Part shown: positions 11,929 through 19,026 of the stretch, piece by piece
Layout of the letters: each line of letters begins with the position of its first letter
Numbering within the stretch: the first letter of the stretch is position 1
Assembly (NCBI GenBank): GCA_964632485.1
Contig: CAZWDO010000003.1
Coordinates: 62,001 to 120,679, forward strand
Origin: an uncultured bacterium
Lineage (GTDB): Bacteria; JAGOEH01
Length of the DNA stretch: 58,679 nt
Direction of reading: 5' to 3'
The notes under the pieces: generated by a model
Seen by the model: only the letters and a program-made list of their open reading frames with translations
Told to the model about the DNA's origin: nothing
The model's database searches: none
Made by a program: the position numbers and the translations under genes

Positions 11929-13457
11929 TGGAACCTCGGTGTGATACCCAGAATGCGGAACCAGGTAAATCCGGCGATGATGAGCAAGATGGCGCCAATT
12001 GTTGTCATAATGATACCATATTTTAAATTTTCCAATGTTGAATACTGTCCGGTACTATACATAATTACGTTTGGCTTGGCATTGATGGGTAAACTGATAA
12101 CCCAATCAATCGTAAACGCCGCTGGCAGCGCCAACCAAACCGGATCAAAGCCTAGCTGTTTGGCCATTGCAATAGTGAAAGGGATCATGATTAAGGTTCG
12201 CATCGTTTTACTGGTAAAAAAAAGATGTGAATACATATTAACAACAATTACAATAACATAGACCAGCCAGAAATTAATCCCGGGTTGGATATTTAAAAAA
12301 TCGAATAGACGGCCAACTAACCAGTTGGCCGCGCCGGTATCGTTCAAAGCCAGTCCACCGGCGTAAGCGCCGCAACTGAAAATCATCAAATGCCAGGGAA
12401 TATCGGCTTCGTTCCATTTTAAAATGCCGATTTTCGGGAAAAAAGCGATTAAAACGCCAATAAAAGCGGCCATAACTGCAGAAATATCAAAACCAAACCA
12501 GGATAAATGTTGTTTGTCAGTTACCCAAAGAAAAATTACCATTCCGAAAATCATCAATGATTTGATTTCTCCGATTCCGATTGGACCCATTTTTTTGAGT
12601 TCCAGTCGCATGCGTTCCAAACCTCCTTCCAATTGGGGTACCTTCTCCTCGTTTTTAAGGCGAAAAACCCAACGGGGACCGATAAACCAGCCGATAAGCA
12701 TGGCTGTTACTACTACCGGTAAATTTGCAAATAGCCAATCGCTATAGTAAATGCGGGTGGACCCCATACTGAGGATAAAAGCGATCGCGATAATATTCGC
12801 GTTACTTCCGGTCATGAAGGCAGATGAGCCGAAATCGATGGCTTGCATGTTCTGCAGCAACAAGTTTTTCCCAAAATTATTGCTGTTTTGGTGAGTAGAT
12901 CCGTAGATTGCGGCAATGACCAGCAGAATTGGCAGCAGCATTGCTGCCCGCGCGGCTGTAGCTGGAATCAATCCTGCCAAAAAAAGGTTTAGTAAAAAAA
13001 AAGCGAGGGTGATTTGATATGCATTATGTCCAAAACGGACGATCAGCGCTAAAGCCAGTCGTTTGGCAAGATTAGTCTTGATCATCATGGAGCTGAGGAT
13101 AAAAGCCAGCACATTCAACCAAATCACATCAAACCCTAATACTCCCAATACATTCTTCTCGCTCCACCCGTCGAAAAAAACCAGCATTCCCATTAAAAGC
13201 AGCGATGTCACGTAGGTTGGAACCGGTTCAGCCACCCACCAGATCAGCGCTGTTGTAAAACAAGCAATTACGACCTGCGCAGCGCGTGTCATCCCTTCCG
13301 GCGTTGGTAAATAAAAAAGAACTAAAAATAAACCGATACCGAGAGGGAAACCCAGATATTTCATCCATTGATCTCCCTTACTGCTCGGACGAGTTGGCAA
13401 ATCCGCCAGACGATTTTTACTCAGGTCTAATAAATCCGTTTTGTGCGCTGCCGTCAT
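11925..13457 (-). CDS. DASS/SLC13 family sodium:anion symporter
   Basis: Many TM helices with TNLAKRLAL, IPATAARAA, MTGSNANI and LPINAKPN motifs. Start moved to ATG 13457, behind AAGGA and just after the CYTH stop. Confidence 0.88.
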   Translation of the reverse strand: MTAAHKTDLLDLSKNRLADLPTRPSSKGDQWMKYLGFPLGIGLFLVLFYLPTPEGMTRAAQVVIACFTTALIWWVAEPVPTYVTSLLLMGMLVFFDGWSEKNVLGVLGFDVIWLNVLAFILSSMMIKTNLAKRLALALIVRFGHNAYQITLAFFLLNLFLAGLIPATAARAAMLLPILLVIAAIYGSTHQNSNNFGKNLLLQNMQAIDFGSSAFMTGSNANIIAIAFILSMGSTRIYYSDWLFANLPVVVTAMLIGWFIGPRWVFRLKNEEKVPQLEGGLERMRLELKKMGPIGIGEIKSLMIFGMVIFLWVTDKQHLSWFGFDISAVMAAFIGVLIAFFPKIGILKWNEADIPWHLMIFSCGAYAGGLALNDTGAANWLVGRLFDFLNIQPGINFWLVYVIVIVVNMYSHLFFTSKTMRTLIMIPFTIAMAKQLGFDPVWLALPAAFTIDWVISLPINAKPNVIMYSTGQYSTLENLKYGIIMTTIGAILLIIAGFTWFRILGITPRFQ

Positions 13458-13467
13458 AACCGATTCC

Positions 13468-13932
13468 TTACCATTGAGTATAAGGTTTTTTTGATAGATT
13501 CGAATTGAAATAGCGGGGGTCTTCGGTAACTTCCTCCCCGATCCAATCCGGTTTATCAAATTCCTGATTGATAGTATTTAGTTCAATTTCGGCCACAACC
13601 AGTCCTTTATTTTCACCAAAGAATTCATCGACTTCCCATTTTAAATCACCTTGGGGAATAACATATCGTTTTTTTTCAATTAACGGCCGCTCACATAAAT
13701 TGGATAGCATCTCATCGGCATCTTTACCTGGAATTTTATATTCATATTCCGCACGGCTGCCATTGGTTGTTATCCCTTTGATTGTCAAAAAACCGGTTTC
13801 CCCGATGGTTCGCACTCGTACGACCCGTTCCTTAGTCGAGGATAAATAACCTTGCCGATACGTTTCGCCTTGAGCCAGGGTCTGCCAAACCGAACCTTTG
13901 ACCAAAAATTTGCGTTCAATTTCCTGCGCCAT
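13468..13932 (-). CDS. CYTH (triphosphate tunnel metalloenzyme) domain protein
   Basis: EIERKFLV (ExExK), RVR, LTIKG, EYEY, WEVDEF, AEIEL and EVTEDPRY.N. Confidence 0.93.
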   Translation of the reverse strand: MAQEIERKFLVKGSVWQTLAQGETYRQGYLSSTKERVVRVRTIGETGFLTIKGITTNGSRAEYEYKIPGKDADEMLSNLCERPLIEKKRYVIPQGDLKWEVDEFFGENKGLVVAEIELNTINQEFDKPDWIGEEVTEDPRYFNSNLSKKPYTQW

Positions 13933-14004
13933 AGGTTTACTCCTTATATTTTAAATAGTTTAAAGTTTGTCGAATTCGCGTCGATTGGCGCGAAACTCGA
14001 GCTC

Positions 14005-14592
14005 TCAATAATCCCATCCGACCACTTGTTTCATTGCTTTAATATAATTCACATTCTCATATTGGGTGAGTTTCAGTTCCCGTACAGTCTGCATGACTAA
14101 TTGGGGATCGGTGTGTTCGACCGCGATGGTAGAAACTCCTTGCGTATTGAATTCAACTTGGGCAATTTCAACAATGCAGTTATTAATCGTGAATCCGGTA
14201 CGCCGTTTAAATACATTGACCGGCTTGAGGTCGCGCTGGCTGCCAATGATCTGGTTCATATAAGTATCATAGGAAAATTCATCGCCGTTGAGAAAGGGGA
14301 TTGGGATATTGAAGGCTTTAAAAACGAGCGCCAGATCAGTAATATGAATGGGGAATGCGGCTTTCATGATGGGGGACCATTGTTCGAGTCCATCGGGATT
14401 AACTCGGAGCAGGGTTTTGATATCCATTAGTTCATCGCGGATTTTAGTATTGTCATTGCTATTTGCGGAAAGGATATAGATTTCGCGGCTTTCGCGAGTT
14501 TTATCAGCGGGATGAAGGCGTACTTCAGTTTCGCCGGCTCCCAGATCAATTCCAAAGGTGCGCCATTCCCAGCGGGGGATGATTTTTTCCAT
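14005..14592 (-). CDS. Divergent CYTH-like protein
   Basis: RWEWRTFG in place of ExExK, plus E.Y, KIR, DIK, K.R and AVE motifs of the tunnel fold. AAGGAG RBS. Confidence 0.6.
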   Translation of the reverse strand: MEKIIPRWEWRTFGIDLGAGETEVRLHPADKTRESREIYILSANSNDNTKIRDELMDIKTLLRVNPDGLEQWSPIMKAAFPIHITDLALVFKAFNIPIPFLNGDEFSYDTYMNQIIGSQRDLKPVNVFKRRTGFTINNCIVEIAQVEFNTQGVSTIAVEHTDPQLVMQTVRELKLTQYENVNYIKAMKQVVGWDY

Positions 14593-14625
14593 GGGTTAAC
14601 TCCTTTTGAGTGGTTTGTATTAATT

Positions 14626-14637
14626 TGAAACGTTTCA
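14626..14637. promoter_or_regulatory. LacI-family operator in front of the CYTH/phosphate operon
   Basis: Perfect palindrome TGAAACGTTTCA with a central CG, 34 nt upstream of the first operon ATG; identical core to the site at 15699-15710. Confidence 0.85.
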
Positions 14638-14650
14638 TATTTTAAAAAAA

Positions 14651-15685
14651 TTAAAATGCGCCGCATGATTCGCGGATCAGTATCCGAATCGGCATGATCA
14701 CTTTTTGAAATTCAGCCTGTCCGCCCATCAACTGGGGAATGAGCAGTTCGACTGCTTTCGCGCCAATTTTCTTTTTGGGCAGGGCAATCGTGGTCAGTTT
14801 AGGAGAGGTAAATGATGCCTGGGGAATGTTGTCGTATCCGACAATGGCGATATCTCCCGGGACATTCAATCCTTTTTCTTTGATTAATTCGATCGCGCCG
14901 ATCGCCATCAGATCATTTGTGGCAACTATCGCGCGGGGCAGATCGCCCCGGTCAAAAAAATGCTGCATGGCATTTCGCCCGCCTTCGACGCTGTGTTCGC
15001 CTTCTTCCACCCAGCGCAATTCAAAATCTGCTCCGAACTCTTTGAGCGCGGCCTGAAATCCCAATAGGCGTTCATTACTGCCATACAATCGTTGCCGTCC
15101 CGCGCGGAGGGTTAAATAATCGCTGATCATACCCAGCGGACGATAGCCCAGCGACAACAAATGTCGCGCTGCCAAATAGCCTCCATGTCGGTTGTCGGTG
15201 ATTATTGTATGCACTTGTGAAAAACCGTAATCGCATTCAATTGCAACTATAGGAAGGTCATAACGTTTTAAATAGTTTTCAAGGTTCCGTGGAGGGAGAA
15301 TTTCTCCCAGTAGAATAATACCATCGACTTGACGGCTAAGAAGAAGCTCAAAATTTTCAATTCCCAATTCTACGTCCTCATTGGAATCGCAGAGAATGAC
15401 ATGATAACCATGATCGCGTGCGATCAAGTCGATACTACGGATGATGACGGGGAAAAATGGGTTAGTTATATCGGGAGCAATCACGCCCAGCGTCCAGCTC
15501 CGCCGAACCTTCAGACTGCGGGCGGTTACGTTGGGTCGATAATCCAGTTCTTCAATGATTCGCAATACAAGTTGGCGTGTTTCGTCTTTAACCCAGGGTT
15601 TGTTGTTGATCACTGCGGAAACGGTACCTAAGGAAACATGGCTCCGGCGGGCAATCTCTTTCAAAGTCACACGAGCATCCTTCAT
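14651..15685 (-). CDS. LacI-family transcriptional repressor
   Basis: HTH TLKEIARRSHVSLGTVSAVIN, YRPNVTARSL hinge and a periplasmic-binding-protein-like domain (NDLMAIG, VPGDIAIVGYD, PKLTTI). Start at ATG 15685. Confidence 0.95.
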   Translation of the reverse strand: MKDARVTLKEIARRSHVSLGTVSAVINNKPWVKDETRQLVLRIIEELDYRPNVTARSLKVRRSWTLGVIAPDITNPFFPVIIRSIDLIARDHGYHVILCDSNEDVELGIENFELLLSRQVDGIILLGEILPPRNLENYLKRYDLPIVAIECDYGFSQVHTIITDNRHGGYLAARHLLSLGYRPLGMISDYLTLRAGRQRLYGSNERLLGFQAALKEFGADFELRWVEEGEHSVEGGRNAMQHFFDRGDLPRAIVATNDLMAIGAIELIKEKGLNVPGDIAIVGYDNIPQASFTSPKLTTIALPKKKIGAKAVELLIPQLMGGQAEFQKVIMPIRILIRESCGAF

Positions 15686-15695
15686 GAGAATCCTT

Positions 15696-15713
15696 TTTTG
15701 AAACGTTTCAAAA
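15696..15713. promoter_or_regulatory. LacI-family autoregulatory operator
   Basis: Perfect 18-bp palindrome TTTTGAAACGTTTCAAAA between a minus-strand TTGACA (15737-15742) and the repressor start codon. Confidence 0.85.
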
Positions 15714-15743
15714 TATATAATAATTTTTCTTCGGCTTGTCAAG

Positions 15744-15785
15744 NNNNNNNNNNNNNNNNNNNNNNNNNNNNNNNNNNNNNNNNNN
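15744..15785. other. Assembly gap (run of N)
   Basis: Run of N in the sequence. Confidence 1.
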
Positions 15786-15788
15786 TGT

Positions 15789-16757
15789 TTAGGTCTCTTC
15801 ATGGGCCCGAAGAAAATTTGGTGTTGTTTCTACCTCTTCATATTGGGTGAGTCCTAAGAAAACGACATTGTAAAGATGCTGGACCAGGATATAAAAGACG
15901 ATAGGAATGGCCCCGGCAGAATTAAAAAAAGTTAAAACTACCCACAAAATTAGCGATGTGTTGCGGTAACCCATTACAAACGAAAAAATAATTCCTGTTT
16001 TTAGTTTTTGACCCAGCCAAAAACCACAGGAGTAATTCATGGATACTAACAGGAAAACAGTGACTAACGATAATTCCGGCCAGGGGATTCCGCTTTTTTT
16101 TATATAAGCGGACGCGAGATTGACCGCGACAAATATGATGAATACAATGGCAAATGAATTGAAATAACGGAAAGTGGAACTAAATTTAATCAGGCTGGTT
16201 TTGGGAATTATTTTTTTTAAACTCCAGGCTAATATAAAAGGAATAAACATTATCAGTATTAATCGGGCAAAAAGCTTAACCAGATTGCTTTGTTCCAGGT
16301 TAGTATTTAAAAAGAGACCGCTTATAAGCGGAATCATTACAATCGCCAGCAAATTTTGGATCAAAACGTCCCAAGCAACGAATTCGACATCCCGATCAAT
16401 TTTTTGCGCCAGAAGAACAGCGCCCAAAGCAGTGGGCGCAATTGCTATTAGCAAAAAACCGGGGAATAATTCAGTTGGATACCAGGCTTGAATGAGGGTG
16501 ATACAGATCACAGGCACTACCGCATAACGCCAGATGCTTGAAATGAACGCCCTTTTGAGAAAAATCCGCCAGTTGTTCTCAAACTCAATATTTAGAAAGG
16601 AAAAAAAAAGAGATACGCCTAAAGCGAATGGGAGATAATCTTTCAGCGCATTCATGGATGGCAGTAGATATCCTATCGTCATCGCCGCTAAAATCGATAA
16701 AGATAAAAAATGTTTAGCGAGTACAGTATTGCCGCGCTTAAAATTAAAATTATTCAT
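15789..16757 (-). CDS. Bile acid:sodium symporter (BASS/SBF)-like membrane transporter
   Basis: About 9-10 TM helices, LLIAIAPTALGAV, QNLLAI..IP and MGYRNTSL motifs. Start codon uncertain. Confidence 0.75.
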   Translation of the reverse strand: MNNFNFKRGNTVLAKHFLSLSILAAMTIGYLLPSMNALKDYLPFALGVSLFFSFLNIEFENNWRIFLKRAFISSIWRYAVVPVICITLIQAWYPTELFPGFLLIAIAPTALGAVLLAQKIDRDVEFVAWDVLIQNLLAIVMIPLISGLFLNTNLEQSNLVKLFARLILIMFIPFILAWSLKKIIPKTSLIKFSSTFRYFNSFAIVFIIFVAVNLASAYIKKSGIPWPELSLVTVFLLVSMNYSCGFWLGQKLKTGIIFSFVMGYRNTSLILWVVLTFFNSAGAIPIVFYILVQHLYNVVFLGLTQYEEVETTPNFLRAHEET

Positions 16758-16818
16758 GGAGGTTAATCTATTAAAAAATAAGTTGTTTGTCAAGATGAAA
16801 AAAATGAATTAATAGCTC

Positions 16819-16846
16819 TTGACTTTTTATTTAAAAATGTTATTAT
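16819..16846 (+). promoter_or_regulatory. Putative sigma-70 promoter of Cys-rich precursor cassette A
   Basis: TTGACT-N16-TATTAT with an extended -10 TGn. Confidence 0.5.
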
Positions 16847-16920
16847 ATATGTAAGATGCAAAATAAGGTTATAATGAGATAAGCTGGTTATAAATTCCGA
16901 ACCGGAGGAGAATCGTTTAA

Positions 16921-17091
16921 ATGAAGTTAGTAAAAATTAATATCGAAAATAGGGACATAGTTTATATTACTGAGCATGTTATATTCCCTTAGAAGGATAA
17001 TGGCCTATTATTATTCAATACCAGAAACAACAACCTTATGGCGATCTGTGAAACTGAAAGAGATTTCAAAGAGGGGGTCATTGATGGTTAG
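16921..17091 (+). pseudogene. Interrupted PqqD/RRE-like (RiPP recognition element) gene remnant
   Basis: Strong RBS GGAGGAG, then ATG 16921. Reads MKLVKINIENRDIVYITEHVIFP*KDNGLLLFNTRNNNLMAICETERDFKEGVIDG*, with TAG at 16990 and 17089. This fits the PqqD pattern v.r..dg.lLfn..t.....lnet...iw...DG. Confidence 0.55.
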
Positions 17092-17157
17092 CGGTATTGA
17101 AGAAAAAACGATGATGAAAAAATAACTTAATTATAAATTAAATTAGGAGAAATTAAG

Positions 17158-17955
17158 ATGAGTGTCAAAAAAAGCTACAATCCACCGGAAATATTTAGTT
17201 TTAATATGCTGTCCAGCCAAACCCTCGGTCAGACATCCTGCGCTGACGGCAGCTCAACCGTCAACTGCCTTGCCGGTTATAATACTGCCGGCGCTTGTAA
17301 TACCGGACCTTCTGCCGTTAATGTCTGCAATTCGGGAAATCAGGCATCCGGGTACTGTTATAATGGGGGAAGCGCCGGATTTGATTGCTTGCCCGGTACG
17401 AATGCCGGATTTCGGTGTAATGCCGGAGGTAATCCTGCTGATAGAACTGGATGCCTGGGAGGCAGCAGTACTAGTTCTCCATGTCTTGGAGGATCTTCCC
17501 CTACGAATACTTATCGTTGCAATGCAGGAGGTAATCCCAGTATTCCAACATGCGCCAATGGAAATTTTCCTGATAGTTATGCCTGCGCGGTAGGGGATGA
17601 CGCTGAACGGGAACCGACTTGCACCGGTGGAAACAATCCGGAAAGTGGCCCGTGCAATTCGGGTAACACAGCAACTGGAGCGCTCGGATGTCAAAACGGA
17701 TCTACTCCTGTGGGACAACAGTGCGCCCATGGTGAGGATCTTTGTACGCCCGGAGGCTCTGACTCCAGCGAACATGAATGCAGTAACGGTAATTTTGCGG
17801 GTCCCCAGGAATGCTCCGCAGGGGGTAATCCGGAATCAAACTCATGCATTAACGGTTTTGGAGAAGAAGGCTGTCAAAACGGCTCCTATCCGGCGGATTA
17901 TAATTGTGATAATGGTGGCAGCGATGATGCTTGTATTTCTGGATCTTCAACATAA
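17158..17955 (+). CDS. Cys/Gly-rich repeat protein A, putative giant RiPP precursor (YxxP leader + 23 CxxG repeats)
   Basis: AGGAG RBS. Leader KKSYNPPEIFSF..LS.Q..GQT; all 23 Cys are followed by Gly at +3; no signal peptide. Paralogue at 31289-32086. Confidence 0.8.
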   Translation: MSVKKSYNPPEIFSFNMLSSQTLGQTSCADGSSTVNCLAGYNTAGACNTGPSAVNVCNSGNQASGYCYNGGSAGFDCLPGTNAGFRCNAGGNPADRTGCLGGSSTSSPCLGGSSPTNTYRCNAGGNPSIPTCANGNFPDSYACAVGDDAEREPTCTGGNNPESGPCNSGNTATGALGCQNGSTPVGQQCAHGEDLCTPGGSDSSEHECSNGNFAGPQECSAGGNPESNSCINGFGEEGCQNGSYPADYNCDNGGSDDACISGSST

Positions 17956-17970
17956 TTTTCTCTAAGTCCG

Positions 17971-18987
17971 ATGCTTAATTTTATCAGGCGCTTTTGCGGC
18001 CGATCGCAAACCAGCTCTGTGGTGTTGGATTTTAACGGTTTTAAAATCAAGCTTTGTCTTATTACTAAGCATCAATTAAAACCAAAATATCATTCCTTTA
18101 TCCATCCCTCTGGCATCAGCAGCGATATAGTCATCGATTGCCGTCAATTATCTCCCGGAACTTCTGAGGCATGCCATGATCTACAATTGAATTCCTATCT
18201 TAAAAATTATTATTTCCACTTCCGCGGTTCCTTCGCTGACCATGGAATAGATCAACAGGATATCAATTTGAAACGGATTGTTGATCCGGACTATTACCCC
18301 CTTTATAATCGCTTCTGCTGTCAGTTCCTCCACGGGTTAAACTGGCCGGATGAGTTGGTCATTCTCCCTCTATCCAATTATTGTATTTTATACTATCCTG
18401 CAGAAAAAAAAGGGATATATTCCTGGCGAAACCAATATCAAACTAATTTTATTATTTCAGAAAATCTTTTTTATTTAACGCTATCTCAATATCTGGCGAA
18501 GCAGAATGGCGTTTTTTTTCACGGCAGCGCCGTTTTGTATCGTAACCAGGCCTATTTGTTTCTGGCTGAATCAGGCGGAGGAAAAAGTACTATATTGAAC
18601 CTATGTAAAGAATGCCAATACTTTTCAGATGATGGTGTGGCTCTGATTAACCAGGACAATCAATTTAAGGTCCTGCCTACGCCTTTTAGTCATTTTTCTC
18701 ATTCCTCCTCTTCGCAAGTCACGACCCCCCATTTAATCCAATCAATATTTATTCTGAAAAAAAATACTTTTAACTCGATTGAACCGGTTAGCAGAATGGA
18801 GGCTTTACCGATGATGCTACATCATCTCCATTATTACTTTTTCATGCCTCCCAGCCTATCGCGTAACGTTTTCGAAACGTGTTATCAAATCATTTCCAAG
18901 GTTCCTGTTCATTACCTGAATTTTCATATCCGCGATGATTCTGTTTTTGAAGATATTTACCGTTTTTTGAATACGGTGAATCCATGA
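17971..18987 (+). CDS. HPr-kinase-related P-loop protein (ScmC/lasso-kinase-like)
   Basis: FFHGSAV...LFLAESGGGKST...FSDDG...PTPF: His motif, Walker A and the DD pair of the HprK C-terminal domain. Confidence 0.8.
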   Translation: MLNFIRRFCGRSQTSSVVLDFNGFKIKLCLITKHQLKPKYHSFIHPSGISSDIVIDCRQLSPGTSEACHDLQLNSYLKNYYFHFRGSFADHGIDQQDINLKRIVDPDYYPLYNRFCCQFLHGLNWPDELVILPLSNYCILYYPAEKKGIYSWRNQYQTNFIISENLFYLTLSQYLAKQNGVFFHGSAVLYRNQAYLFLAESGGGKSTILNLCKECQYFSDDGVALINQDNQFKVLPTPFSHFSHSSSSQVTTPHLIQSIFILKKNTFNSIEPVSRMEALPMMLHHLHYYFFMPPSLSRNVFETCYQIISKVPVHYLNFHIRDDSVFEDIYRFLNTVNP

Positions 18988-19026
18988 ATTCAGTATCGCA
19001 TCAAAATCCATCTGTTTATGCGCATC

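Noticed and set aside
15686-15802. ORF-track N-terminal extension of the LacI gene across the N gap
   Set aside because: Artefact of the gap; the HTH starts right after ATG 15685, and the operator and promoter occupy this stretch.
16990-17091. TAG recoding to explain the interrupted PqqD-like frame
   Set aside because: TAG ends ordinary genes here (e.g. at 30250), and a TGA follows at 17098, so the domain would still be truncated.
17158-17955. Calling the Cys-rich proteins lasso peptide precursors because of the YxxP leader and adjacent kinase
   Set aside because: The cores are ~240 aa, and no lasso cyclase (asparagine-synthetase-like) or B2 peptidase is present in the window.
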